Shown: positions 30,257-40,659 of the stretch, in pieces | How the letters are laid out: every line of letters begins with the position of its first letter | How positions within the stretch are numbered: position 1 is the stretch's first letter | Origin: a virus | IMG/VR virus record: IMGVR_UViG_3300045988_156245 | Strand: one strand, 5' to 3' | DNA: 64,000 nt | Program-made: the position numbers and the translations under genes | The notes under the pieces: generated by a model | What the model was told of the DNA's origin: nothing | The model's database searches: none | The model's input: only the letters and a program-made list of their open reading frames with translations

Positions 30257-30295
30257 ATTTTTATTCTCCTTTTATCTCTATATTTACAAATAATC

Positions 30296-30319
30296 GGGGA
30301 GTTTAATAAAAAACTCCCC
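30296..30319 (-). terminator. hairpin after capsid gene (possible attenuator)
   Basis: 8-bp stem ggggagtt/aactcccc; weak U-run on the minus strand. Confidence 0.35.
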
Positions 30320-30330
30320 ATTTATTTTTA

Positions 30331-31380
30331 CTAACCTTCAGGGTTAATTTTATGTTCAATCTTTAAATCTGAGTTTTCATAAATACAAATATTATTTGTA
30401 ATTAATGTTGCTACACCAAATTTCTTATAAACTTGAACTTCTTTTGACATATCAGCATTATCAATGTCTCTAACAATTGTTTGACCTTCAAAAGCAACCT
30501 TTACAGGCTTATTTGCTCCTGTTGGAATAATATAAGCATAAGCTGGGTCAATAACTTTAGTTGTATTTGTTTCATCTTCAAAAGACTGTGGTAAAATAAT
30601 TACCTTATGACCTTTATAATTTCCAAGATAACCAGTATTCCATCTCTGGTCTTTCATTGCATCTGAAATCCATCCTTCATTAGGAATCATAGTTGATGCA
30701 AATTCAAAAGTACAATAAATTGTAGACTGACCATATGAATCTGCTGTTGCTAATAATCTATCCATAACATCTTCATTGAAACCTTTAAAGCTGTATTTAT
30801 TAGCTGTTTGTAAACTTGTATAAGCTTTCTTTAAAGCTTTTGCAATTTCTCTATAAACTGATTCATCAAGACCTTCCATAATAATATCTAATACATCAGC
30901 CATATTAACTCTACCATCTAAGAATTCTTCAAATCCAATTTGAGCTGCGCCACCAAAAGCTTCAGTAGGAACTTCTAATGTCTTTCCATCTAATTTGAAT
31001 ACTTCATAGATACCAGCTAAACCAACTTTTGTTACAAACTGTTTTCCACGTCTCTTTGCTGCAGAAGTAATTCTCTGTACAAATACTGGCTTATCACCTT
31101 GTTTAAAAGTCTTAACTTCAGCAAACTGTCCGTATGCTTCTAAAACCTTTTTAGGTAACACATCATCAATAATTTCTTCCATTAATGAGAAGATAGTATT
31201 TTTATTTTCTCTAAATAAAGCATATGTGCTTGAAATTTCTAATAATTCATCTCTGAATGTATCATTAAGCTGTTCATAGCTAAAGTTTTCTCCGTTGTAG
31301 GCAAATGCTGTTGCTACAGAAGGATTAGCAGAAGCTACTTTTTTACCTAATGCAATTAAATCTTTTTTACTTAATGCCAT
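30331..31380 (-). CDS. major capsid protein (by position and size)
   Basis: 349 aa, follows the scaffold-like gene and a 176-aa gene, followed by a hairpin; no motif-level proof. Confidence 0.55.
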   Translation of the reverse strand: MALSKKDLIALGKKVASANPSVATAFAYNGENFSYEQLNDTFRDELLEISSTYALFRENKNTIFSLMEEIIDDVLPKKVLEAYGQFAEVKTFKQGDKPVFVQRITSAAKRRGKQFVTKVGLAGIYEVFKLDGKTLEVPTEAFGGAAQIGFEEFLDGRVNMADVLDIIMEGLDESVYREIAKALKKAYTSLQTANKYSFKGFNEDVMDRLLATADSYGQSTIYCTFEFASTMIPNEGWISDAMKDQRWNTGYLGNYKGHKVIILPQSFEDETNTTKVIDPAYAYIIPTGANKPVKVAFEGQTIVRDIDNADMSKEVQVYKKFGVATLITNNICIYENSDLKIEHKINPEG

Positions 31381-31393
31381 TTTTAAATCCTCC

Positions 31394-31924
31394 TTATTTA
31401 ATTCTCTGAAGCTTTACAGCTGGCTGTCCATCTGCCATAGTGTAAACTTTTACTACTTGCCATAGTAGACCTTCATCAGTTTCTTCGCCTTTTACAAGGT
31501 AACCTGTTGTATCTACCTTTAAAATATCTGTTTCTTGTAATTCAATACCTGCATATGTTGCCTTACCTGAAGTATTTGGACCACCTACGCAATTAGTTGT
31601 GTAAATATCTCCAACATTAGTCTTTATAACTCTTGGAACCATTTCTCCATCAACATAGTTTTCTTTAACCATTGCGAAATCTTTATATGATTCTCTCCAA
31701 TCATCATATAATTTAATTTCATTGAAAACCATCATCCATTCACCTTTGCCAGTAAAATCAACTTTTCCTGCAGCATAATCATATTTTACAAACTGACCAT
31801 TTTCAAGAATATTGATTGAACCATCAGCTGGTAACTGAGCATAAATCTGAGATGTTCTCTGAGCTGAAAGATGATTTGGTTCAACTTGACCAAAACCAAC
31901 TCTACTGATTGTTGTTGTTGCCAT
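31394..31924 (-). CDS. hypothetical head protein (decoration/auxiliary position)
   Basis: 176 aa between the scaffold-like and capsid genes. Confidence 0.4.
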   Translation of the reverse strand: MATTTISRVGFGQVEPNHLSAQRTSQIYAQLPADGSINILENGQFVKYDYAAGKVDFTGKGEWMMVFNEIKLYDDWRESYKDFAMVKENYVDGEMVPRVIKTNVGDIYTTNCVGGPNTSGKATYAGIELQETDILKVDTTGYLVKGEETDEGLLWQVVKVYTMADGQPAVKLQRIK

Positions 31925-31950
31925 CTGTCTATTTCCTCCTTGATTTTTTC

Positions 31951-33291
31951 TTATTTATGATTTTGTATAGCTTTTATCCAAGCTGGAACAGAATCTCCTG
32001 CATTTTCTAAATTAAATGTTGTAACAGGATTTTCTTCTTCTGTTTTATTTTCATTTTTAGATGTATCGTCTAAATCAAAATTAACCTTTTTTCTTACACA
32101 AATTACTGATAATTTTGCTTCAATATCATCTAAAGAATATTCATCAATGTGAGCAACCACATCTTTTTTATCTTCATCTGAAAGCATATAGAATCCACCA
32201 ATTAATTCTTCTTTTTGCTGCTTTTCAACATTCTTTTTGAAAGCAACCAAATCTTCATACTTTGCAGATAAATCATTATACTTAGTTTCTAATTCTGAAT
32301 ACATTAAAGCATAATCTTTTTTATCTTTATCTTCTTTTTCCTCTTTCTTCTCTTCTGCTGGAGTCTTTGTTTCTTCCTTCTTTTCTTCAGGTTTCTTATC
32401 TTCCGCAGAAGTTGGATTATCTTCTTTTTCTTCTTTCTTATCTTCTTCCTTTGTATAGTTCTTTTTCTTATCTTCTTCTTCTTTATTATCCTTTTTTGTT
32501 TCAGTATCTTTAACTTCTTCTGTAGTTTTATCAGTTTTATTTTCTACAGTTTCATTAGTTTTGTCCTTTTTTTCTTCATCTACTTTTGCCATGTTTCCTC
32601 CTTCTAATGCAAATTTTAAATCTTGCATCATACTAAATAATGTTTGCTTAAAGTTATCATCTACTTTACTGAAATTAGTACTTACATTAGGAGCTGTTAC
32701 ACTTGAACCTTCAAAACAAGGTTCTACATCATCACCTAAAATACATAATTTAGAAAAAATTGCATCATTAACAATAAACAATTCCATTTTTGTATTAACA
32801 TTTTCTGACCAATAACCATCTAAGGTATCTTTATCTAATTCCATAGAATGAGGACGTCCTTGTTCAGTAGCTAACTTAGCCTCTTCAAATTGTCCTGTCC
32901 ATAGAAAACCTGTAGTCATTAAATATTCTCTAACTATTTTGTTTCCAAAATCATCTGTATCTTCAAATTTTTGAAACCAAACTTTAGCATCTGGAGAAAC
33001 AAAACCATATGGCTTAGTAAGACATTTAAATTGAATCCCTTTTTCATCAATAATAATCTGGTCGCCATGGTCTCTAAAATCTTGATTTTCTTCTTTATAA
33101 TATCCAACAATAGGAGCGCCACGCAATGTCTTAGACATTTCTGTGGCAACATCTTTTGTTATGAAAGAATGATTTCTATTCTCTCCAATATACAAAACTT
33201 TAATTTCACATTTAGACATCAAAGGATTAATATCTAAAGGTTGAAGATTTATAAATTCCGGAGAATCAATAGTTGCAACTGATTGATGCAT
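31951..33291 (-). CDS. scaffolding / prohead protease-like protein
   Basis: 446 aa; follows the portal; long Lys/Glu/Asp-rich low-complexity centre (KKDKTNETVENKTDKTTEEVKD...EEKKEEKEDKDKK). Confidence 0.5.
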   Translation of the reverse strand: MHQSVATIDSPEFINLQPLDINPLMSKCEIKVLYIGENRNHSFITKDVATEMSKTLRGAPIVGYYKEENQDFRDHGDQIIIDEKGIQFKCLTKPYGFVSPDAKVWFQKFEDTDDFGNKIVREYLMTTGFLWTGQFEEAKLATEQGRPHSMELDKDTLDGYWSENVNTKMELFIVNDAIFSKLCILGDDVEPCFEGSSVTAPNVSTNFSKVDDNFKQTLFSMMQDLKFALEGGNMAKVDEEKKDKTNETVENKTDKTTEEVKDTETKKDNKEEEDKKKNYTKEEDKKEEKEDNPTSAEDKKPEEKKEETKTPAEEKKEEKEDKDKKDYALMYSELETKYNDLSAKYEDLVAFKKNVEKQQKEELIGGFYMLSDEDKKDVVAHIDEYSLDDIEAKLSVICVRKKVNFDLDDTSKNENKTEEENPVTTFNLENAGDSVPAWIKAIQNHK

Positions 33292-33364
33292 AATTGTTTT
33301 TCTCCTTTCTAATTTTGACTATTATATTATAAAAAACTTCTTTATGAAATTAATTACGTTTGTC

Positions 33365-34957
33365 CTAATTCATACTTTCACGATTAGCTATGGTTTTTTC
33401 TGATTTTTCATCATCAGCTAATTCCTTGCGGCCTGCGCCCTCTTTCTCGCTACCATTACTCTGGTTTGCCGCATTTTGATTTGTCTTTAAAGCATCAGCG
33501 TTCATCGTAGAACTCATTAACGGTGGAATAAATACATTAAATAATTCTAATACATCATTTTCAAAATAAGCTGTAGCTAAAATAGAACTTTGTGATTGAC
33601 CAAGAGCAATCTGAGGTAGCATTTTGGAATATCCTAATTGAGTTTGTTCTTTGTATAATTTTGCCATGTCTTTATAATTATAAATAGTCGTTGTCAAAAT
33701 TTGAACTTTATATTTTAATTTTTTAGGATTTTTATTAAAAGGTTCTATTATCATATTTAGAAATGATTCAAATTGTAAAATTAAATTATATAAAGAAGCC
33801 TCATCATTTAAAATAGACTTCTCTAATGCAATATTACCGTCTGTATTAAATAAATTTTGAGCTGTACCAGATTCGTTAAATACTGTTCTTTCAACTTTTT
33901 CTAATTCGTCTATTGTAGTGGAACTATTCTTATCAGCCAAATCCGCCACATCTACATCAGCAAAAGTTGTCAATACATCTACGCCAATCGCTTTACCTAA
34001 CATTTGAACAGCGTTATTATGTAATTCTTTTGCTTCATCAACATCAAATATTAAATCACCATTCTTATCTAAAGGCATTTTTTGAATGATAATTTTTAAT
34101 AACTGCTGTTGCATCTTTTTTCTATCTAATCCTTGAGCTTCATTTAAGTCTATGATTGCAGGGATTACTGAAATGAAAACAGGAAAATCGTCTCCATTAA
34201 TATTAAATTTAATTGTATTTTTAATATCTAGTAAGTACCATCCTGAAGTATCTCCTAAAAAGTCTGGTTGTAATTTTCCTTCTTTATATAAAATATAGCC
34301 CTTTTTAAATTCAGAAGGAAATAAATTTAATATTTTCATTTTTTGAGTAGTATCTCTAAAAGTATCATCAAAAAACTTCATATTAAATTCTACAGCCGGA
34401 CGCCCATTAACACTAAATCTTGAACGACAATAATTAGGCGGAAGCTCTTGAATACACATTCTATCTTTTTGAGGAATTAAATATCCATAATAACAACCAT
34501 ACTTTAGAACTTTTAAGGCTGTGTCACCAAAAAATTTTTTTATTTCAAAATTATCTAAATAGGTTAAAACATTATTAAAACCGCTTAATATTTTATCACT
34601 TTTAACGCTTTCTGAATTAATATAAGGTGTTACTAACCAATCATATCTATATAAATTAGCCATATATCTACATAATCTAGAATAAATACCGCTAGTTTTA
34701 TAGAAAAATTCTGATATATCTCTCATCGTTTCTTCATCATTTTCATGTATTGCTCTTAATACTTCTTTTTTATCAGCTAGTCTATCATCTATTTGTTTGT
34801 AATCACCTACATTAACAATAGCATCATCTAATGTTTTTAATCCAACTTTAATTTTTGAAAAGTTTGGGTCCATAGAAGGACTATACTTCTCTCTGGTGTC
34901 TCGCATAGGACTCATTCGAAAACCTTTTTCTCTAATTTGTTCTTGTCTATTAATCAA
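33365..34957 (-). CDS. portal protein
   Basis: 530 aa, downstream of the terminase (separated by a small nuclease gene), acidic C-terminus. Confidence 0.6.
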   Translation of the reverse strand: MINRQEQIREKGFRMSPMRDTREKYSPSMDPNFSKIKVGLKTLDDAIVNVGDYKQIDDRLADKKEVLRAIHENDEETMRDISEFFYKTSGIYSRLCRYMANLYRYDWLVTPYINSESVKSDKILSGFNNVLTYLDNFEIKKFFGDTALKVLKYGCYYGYLIPQKDRMCIQELPPNYCRSRFSVNGRPAVEFNMKFFDDTFRDTTQKMKILNLFPSEFKKGYILYKEGKLQPDFLGDTSGWYLLDIKNTIKFNINGDDFPVFISVIPAIIDLNEAQGLDRKKMQQQLLKIIIQKMPLDKNGDLIFDVDEAKELHNNAVQMLGKAIGVDVLTTFADVDVADLADKNSSTTIDELEKVERTVFNESGTAQNLFNTDGNIALEKSILNDEASLYNLILQFESFLNMIIEPFNKNPKKLKYKVQILTTTIYNYKDMAKLYKEQTQLGYSKMLPQIALGQSQSSILATAYFENDVLELFNVFIPPLMSSTMNADALKTNQNAANQSNGSEKEGAGRKELADDEKSEKTIANRESMN

Positions 34958-34983
34958 AGTGACACCTCTTTCTTTCTTTTATT

Positions 34984-35340
34984 TTAATAGCCCGCCGCCT
35001 TCATAATATAATCATAATTTACACGACCTTCATCCCAATAGGGAATAGCAATAAGAGTAATTCCATGCTTTGCACAGAACTCTCTTTTTTTCATATCATT
35101 ATATTGCTGTTTCCTTAAGCCACTCAAACCACCAAATTTACTTTTTGGTTCATAATGTTGAACGCCTTGGTATTCTATTAAAAAATCTAAATCATTATTA
35201 TCATCAAAGACAGCAAAATCAAATCTTAGAGGTCTACCATTTGTACTAACTAATTCTGGAAAAATATATTCTTCTTTAAAATTTAAACCAGCTTCTTTTA
35301 AAATTTCTTCTATTTTTATCTCTCCTCGACTTGCTCGCAT
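34984..35340 (-). CDS. PD-(D/E)XK-like nuclease fold protein
   Basis: 118 aa; RPLRFDFAVF...DFLIEYQGVQH arrangement (D...ExQ/K plus QH) as in Vsr/DUF559-type endonucleases; inserted between terminase and portal. Confidence 0.4.
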   Translation of the reverse strand: MRASRGEIKIEEILKEAGLNFKEEYIFPELVSTNGRPLRFDFAVFDDNNDLDFLIEYQGVQHYEPKSKFGGLSGLRKQQYNDMKKREFCAKHGITLIAIPYWDEGRVNYDYIMKAAGY

Positions 35341-35411
35341 ATTTTGCCTCCTTTTTTACACAATATATTTCAAAAAAACTTTTATTCTAATAATTAAAAA
35401 TACCCAATCTT

Positions 35412-37154
35412 TTAATTCATAAACATAAAATCACTAATATGTCTTTTTCTTCTTTTTCTTTTATTATCTTCTTCTTGCTTTATATAATATAAACCATAAA
35501 TAAAAGCAGAAAACTTATCTTTCTTAATACTCTTAGAAGACTGTTCTAATATAATATTGACACCTGAATTTTTTTCAACCAAATTTAACATTTGTTCTCT
35601 CAATATAGAAGTTAAAGTAAAAGGCTTTAAAAATTCATTTCTCTTATCACTATCCATATTTTGTCCAACTTTTGTAGACATTAATTTAGTTTTAGCCATT
35701 GATTCATCTATTAAGAATTTAATTTTTCCACTAGATAATTGAGTTTGAGCATAAGAATATGCTTCTGTGTTAATTGGTGCATTAGCTTTAATTAAATAAA
35801 GTGCATTTTCTTCTACATCCGCACCTTTTATTTTTTTATAAGGCTCAACAGCATCTTCTGAGGTTCCGCCTTCAACACCAAAAGGAGGTAAAGAATCTCC
35901 ACTTTCTGGATCTACTTGAGATTTTACCATAAAATCAACTAAACCAATACCTAAACCATTAGCATCAATAGAAATAACTCTTGCTTTATATTTATAATAC
36001 AATTTTTTAATATGAATAGCTTGGTCTTCAAAATGTTCTGCTTCATATGTATAAATATGAACTAAACTTTTCAATGATGTTCCTTGCGGTTGCGGCGTCA
36101 CCTTAAATACACAAACTTCAGTTGTACATCCGATACGACCGACGTCCACGCCAAGAACATAATAAGCATTTTTAGAACTTCTGCCGCTATATTCATATTC
36201 TGGTTGTAATAACACTCTATGTTTATCAAATTTTTCTGAAGAATAAAATGCATTTTCTGCATCTCCGCTCCATAAACTTCTATATTCTCTATCAAAAGAC
36301 TCTTCTTTAAATGTGCCTTGAAGTTTCAGCTGGTCTACAAAGTCTTCATCCAAAAGTCCTTCTGTAACAGGTGTTTCATAAGTTCCACCCATAATCATAA
36401 CTCTATCAGGTTCAATTACTGATTGTATCAAAAGCTCTATCAGTTTATCATATGCAAAAGAATTTTTCCATCCAGCAGTTGTAATATATATTTGACTTTT
36501 ATTAATTACTTCTTCTTTATGTCTTGTTCCGTCTGGTAATAATCTATCTACGTTTGTTGTAGGAATAATAACTTCATTAAGAATATCTCCATCAATTAAT
36601 ACACATTCTTCCATTAAGCCTCCGGTTCTACGTTGTCCTCTTGATGACTGCTTTGCCGCTAAAATATCAATAGAAGAACTATTCTTGAAAATATATTTTA
36701 CATCATCTTTAGATTTTTTTGATGCCCCTCTGGTCCAATCAATCTCATTATTCAATGAAGGAATTAGTTTACAAATTTCTTCTATTTTCGCAATCGTAAT
36801 ACTTGCCGCTTGCTCTTTACCACCAGTAGTTACAAACAAATGTGAGTTAGGATAAAGAATACATCTTATCATTAAAACCATCATAGATAAAAATGATTTA
36901 GAATAAGCACGCGGGAATGTAGCATATACATATCTGTGTCGCATAACTATTCTTAAAAATACTCTTTGATAAAAATAGAAATTAAAGGTACTATCTGGAC
37001 CTTTCATAAAATCTATCAAATAGTCAGGATATTCTCTATAAAAAGAAACTAAATTTCTTAAATGAGGCAATTGAGCTTTTAATCTTTCTTCTGATAAGCC
37101 CTGCTTTTTTAAACCTCTTGAATCGGATAAATCTAATAAACTTTGTAAACTCAT
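35412..37154 (-). CDS. terminase large subunit
   Basis: 580 aa from the ATG at 37154 (gaggagga + 8 nt); deviant Walker A FPRAYSKSF, GGLMEE Walker B-like, nuclease-half motifs VLGVDVGR and ISIDANGLG. Confidence 0.75.
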   Translation of the reverse strand: MSLQSLLDLSDSRGLKKQGLSEERLKAQLPHLRNLVSFYREYPDYLIDFMKGPDSTFNFYFYQRVFLRIVMRHRYVYATFPRAYSKSFLSMMVLMIRCILYPNSHLFVTTGGKEQAASITIAKIEEICKLIPSLNNEIDWTRGASKKSKDDVKYIFKNSSSIDILAAKQSSRGQRRTGGLMEECVLIDGDILNEVIIPTTNVDRLLPDGTRHKEEVINKSQIYITTAGWKNSFAYDKLIELLIQSVIEPDRVMIMGGTYETPVTEGLLDEDFVDQLKLQGTFKEESFDREYRSLWSGDAENAFYSSEKFDKHRVLLQPEYEYSGRSSKNAYYVLGVDVGRIGCTTEVCVFKVTPQPQGTSLKSLVHIYTYEAEHFEDQAIHIKKLYYKYKARVISIDANGLGIGLVDFMVKSQVDPESGDSLPPFGVEGGTSEDAVEPYKKIKGADVEENALYLIKANAPINTEAYSYAQTQLSSGKIKFLIDESMAKTKLMSTKVGQNMDSDKRNEFLKPFTLTSILREQMLNLVEKNSGVNIILEQSSKSIKKDKFSAFIYGLYYIKQEEDNKRKRRKRHISDFMFMN

Positions 37155-37155
37155 A

Positions 37156-38373
37156 TTAGTTATCCTCCTCTGTGTAGACCTTCGCATCAGCCTCTTTTTG
37201 TTCTGCTATATCATCATAATACTCTTTATAGTGTTCGTCTTGTAATTCTACTTCTGATAACCCCTGTTTCTTTGCTTCTTCTCTATCTTTCTTCATGCTT
37301 TCCGCATTTTCTCTGTTCTTAATATAGTTTTCTATCTGTTGAGCTAACGCTTTATCTTCATAAATTAAAGACCTATTATACTCTTTTAAATCAGCAATAA
37401 CTTTATCAACTATATCATTTGGAACTTTAATTTCATATCTAGGAATTTCTCCGCCATTTTTTTCGCAATAGGCAACCATCTCGCCAATACAATCAACAAA
37501 GTCATTCTTTTGTTCCTTATTTTGAGCGGCTGTAAATTTTGCGGATTTTCTTAAAGTATCATAAACCCTAGATAATTTCTGGAAACCATCAACATCTCCG
37601 CAATCAAGAGCCTGATTCATTTTTAAATACGTTTTACAAGTTAAAATTAAAGTACCAATAGTATCGGAATCTTGAATATCAAATGAGTTCATCATCTCAT
37701 TATATTTTGTTTCTAATTCTACCCATTCACCAGGTTGATAAGTTCTACCCCATTTCATTGCTAAATAAATTTTATCTTCTTTTGTTAATTCTGAAGCAGG
37801 GTCATTTAATTCTTCTTCTGGAATAAAATTATTTTCCATAAAAGGGTTAGAACCTGGTGCATAATTATTAGCACCATCTGTCCCACTAACATAGGCGGGT
37901 GGTAGCTGATTATTCAATTCAGTTGTACTCATAAAAGTATTATATTGAGCTTCAGAAATATCTCCTCTACGAAATTGCATCTGTAATTGAGCTTCTCTTG
38001 CCGCAAGTTCAGGATGGTCTTCTAAATATAATTCTCGTTTCTTGTCATCTTCCGCCTTTAATTTTTCTGTATCTGACCAATGGTAATCTTTCCATTGTCT
38101 TAATTTCATTTTAGATAAATATTTACCAAAAACTGACATACCATTCATTTTTCTAGGGTCTTTAGCAAATGCTTTATCTCTTAAGCTATTCCATTCTGAA
38201 GGGACGTAAGGTACATCCATTTTTTCCAATAGCCAAACATAAGTGTCTGGATTAAAATTATCTATATGCATAGTTAAGCATTTCTTACATAATTCAACTT
38301 TACTTCCATCTCTATATGTGTAAAATTGACTTTCATCCATGCTCTTCCCGCATTTTTCACAATAACAATTCAA
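37156..38373 (-). CDS. zinc-ribbon protein upstream of TerL (possible small terminase/DNA-recognition role)
   Basis: 405 aa; N-terminal CEKCGK...CKKC; function inferred from position only. Confidence 0.35.
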   Translation of the reverse strand: MNCYCEKCGKSMDESQFYTYRDGSKVELCKKCLTMHIDNFNPDTYVWLLEKMDVPYVPSEWNSLRDKAFAKDPRKMNGMSVFGKYLSKMKLRQWKDYHWSDTEKLKAEDDKKRELYLEDHPELAAREAQLQMQFRRGDISEAQYNTFMSTTELNNQLPPAYVSGTDGANNYAPGSNPFMENNFIPEEELNDPASELTKEDKIYLAMKWGRTYQPGEWVELETKYNEMMNSFDIQDSDTIGTLILTCKTYLKMNQALDCGDVDGFQKLSRVYDTLRKSAKFTAAQNKEQKNDFVDCIGEMVAYCEKNGGEIPRYEIKVPNDIVDKVIADLKEYNRSLIYEDKALAQQIENYIKNRENAESMKKDREEAKKQGLSEVELQDEHYKEYYDDIAEQKEADAKVYTEEDN

Positions 38374-38523
38374 ACATTTTCACCTTCCTTTTATTCTATT
38401 GTAAATATAAAGCAAAAATAAATCATCAAACTTAATTATTTTTGACCAGGTTTCTTTAAAAAATCCGGCGTCATTTTTATATTTGAAGTCCATCCATATT
38501 TTTATTTAACCTTTGGTCAGAAA

Positions 38524-39636
38524 TTAAGATTTTTTAGCTGGCTTTTTGTTACGGCATACCTTGCATATACTATAAAAGCCGTCACGACTCGTTTTATTTT
38601 TAGAAAAGAATTTATTATGAGCTAATTTAATTTCTCCACATCTTGAACATTTTTTCCATTGACCTTTTTCTTCTTCTGTATAATGCCAGATTAAATAATC
38701 TTCTACCGCCTTCTCCGCAATTAATTTTGGAATTTTATTTCTCCATAAAGATGATAAATATTCAACAGTATAAGTCATATTGTATTTTTCTTGTAACAAT
38801 TGTTGTATTTCTATATTCTGTTTACCATCTATTTTATATATCATTAAATCATAATATAGGGGATAATCAAATTTTAGAGTTCTGTCAACTAAATCTTCTA
38901 AGTCTTTCATTAAATAATAAGAATCACTGCTAAATTTATCAAAACAATCTTCTTTTAATTTACCATAATTGCACAATAATGCAGAAATATGTTTTGGATT
39001 AAAAAATGAAATTAATCCATCATTATGAGGTATACCATTCTCATCTATTGAAAATTTATCACTAAAATCTATTTTACTAAAACTTTTAATAGCATTAACA
39101 CTATACATTGGTGGTTTATATGCATTTTTTATTACGTATTGGTCTTTACGCATTTCTATAATTTGCTTTTTTAATAAATATTTTTTCTTACCTCTTGCAT
39201 TTTTAGCTTTTTCTTCTACTTTTTCTATTGCATCTCTAAGGTCTTTTAAAGCGGGGATTTCCGCCACATCTTTCTCTGTAATTTCAAATTTTGGTTTAAA
39301 AATAATATTTTTATCATTTGCAATAATATTATAGATACCATCTTCGCCATTTTCAAATTTACCTACAAGTCCTTCAAAAGACATCTCTCTTTCATTTACT
39401 GTTACCATTCTATTGTCAGTTAATATCTTTTTCTTTTTTCTTTCTTCTTTATCCATTGCAAATACTATATAATCTGTTAATATACTTATATATCTTTTTG
39501 AAAGTTTTTCAGGAGGCGTTTCAGCTATAATCTTTTTTACTAATTCATTGCGGGCTTCCGGTGTTTCAAGCGTATAATCTAGCTTTAATCTGCCATCATC
39601 GGCCACCGCCGCATTTTCATACATTGTCTCTGTCAT
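38524..39636 (-). CDS. hypothetical protein with C-terminal zinc ribbon; first gene of late operon
   Basis: 370 aa; C-terminal CSRCGEIK...DGFYSICKVC motif common in phage DNA-binding/HNH-associated zinc ribbons. Confidence 0.5.
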   Translation of the reverse strand: MTETMYENAAVADDGRLKLDYTLETPEARNELVKKIIAETPPEKLSKRYISILTDYIVFAMDKEERKKKKILTDNRMVTVNEREMSFEGLVGKFENGEDGIYNIIANDKNIIFKPKFEITEKDVAEIPALKDLRDAIEKVEEKAKNARGKKKYLLKKQIIEMRKDQYVIKNAYKPPMYSVNAIKSFSKIDFSDKFSIDENGIPHNDGLISFFNPKHISALLCNYGKLKEDCFDKFSSDSYYLMKDLEDLVDRTLKFDYPLYYDLMIYKIDGKQNIEIQQLLQEKYNMTYTVEYLSSLWRNKIPKLIAEKAVEDYLIWHYTEEEKGQWKKCSRCGEIKLAHNKFFSKNKTSRDGFYSICKVCRNKKPAKKS

Positions 39637-39704
39637 TAAGCTCTCCTCTATCTTTTTATATTCAATAGACTACTAAATGTAATCTATTTTTCTCATCTAT
39701 AATA

Positions 39705-39733
39705 ATTATAACACAAAATTTTTTCTTTGTCAA
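39705..39733 (-). promoter_or_regulatory. consensus promoter of the minus-strand structural operon
   Basis: reverse complement reads TTGACA-aagaaaaaattttgtgt-TATAAT (N17, TGn). Confidence 0.6.
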
Positions 39734-39828
39734 ACTCGTTTAATATTCTTTAATTTGATTTTATAAAAAATTTATTATATTATATTTATATAAAGAAAAT
39801 AATAAAATTAAAAATAAAGGAGATATTT

Positions 39829-40258
39829 ATGGTTTTATTTATTATAGTATGTATAATAGCTTGGGGGTGTTTGTCGTTTTAAAAAAGTAGATTTTTTAAG
39901 TACTCTTTTTATAGGTTTTCTAATTGGAATTGCATCTATATTTATTTCTGGATTTATAGGTCTTTGTGCTGCTTCATTAACACAAACGAAAGTAAAAACA
40001 GAAACTTATAAAAATGTAAATTATTATATTTCACATGGAAAATTATTCGCCTATAGTAAAGAAAATGTTTATATTACCGCGGCGACTGAAGATGATAGTT
40101 ATACTGATTTTTCTATTGTCAAGAAACAAGATATGGCGGAAGGAGAAAATATTTTAGTTAAAGAAACTTATCAAGGGGCTTTAAAAAATTATAGCTGTCT
40201 TTTTCTTGGTGCTGATTGGAAAACAACTAAATATATTATTTATGAGAAAGGAGAATAA
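39829..40258 (+). pseudogene. two-TM membrane protein gene interrupted at a G5 run (paralog of next gene)
   Basis: the ATG 39829 frame stops at 39880; removing one G of ggggg (39863-39867) gives a 142-aa ORF ending at 40258 with the same TM-TM-soluble layout as 40261-40659. Confidence 0.5.
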
Positions 40259-40260
40259 TT

Positions 40261-40659
40261 ATGCTAGTAATGCTTATATGTATGATAGTAGGAGCTATGT
40301 TTTTTAGATGGCTACAAGATGAAGATTATATGAAGAATTTTGGTGCAATGATAGGTTCGTTTACAGGATTTATCATTGGATTACTCCTTTCTATTGCTAT
40401 TGGATTGGCGGTAGTGCCTACAACAACAACTAAAATTGAAGAATATAATATAACTAAATATTATATTGATGATAATAAATTATATTATGTAGGCGAAGAT
40501 GGAACTATGGGAAGAATTGATATAGATAATGGAAATATTAAAACGGGTAATAAAACTTATATTGAGAAAAGATATTATAAAGTAAATAAAAGAATGAATT
40601 TTGTTGTATTTTGTGCGAATGGAATGGAAGAAACACTTTATTTGAAAGGAGCGGACTAA
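40261..40659 (+). CDS. membrane protein (2 TM)
   Basis: 132 aa; MLICMIVGAMFF and FTGFIIGLLLSIAIGLAVV segments. Confidence 0.6.
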   Translation: MLVMLICMIVGAMFFRWLQDEDYMKNFGAMIGSFTGFIIGLLLSIAIGLAVVPTTTTKIEEYNITKYYIDDNKLYYVGEDGTMGRIDIDNGNIKTGNKTYIEKRYYKVNKRMNFVVFCANGMEETLYLKGAD

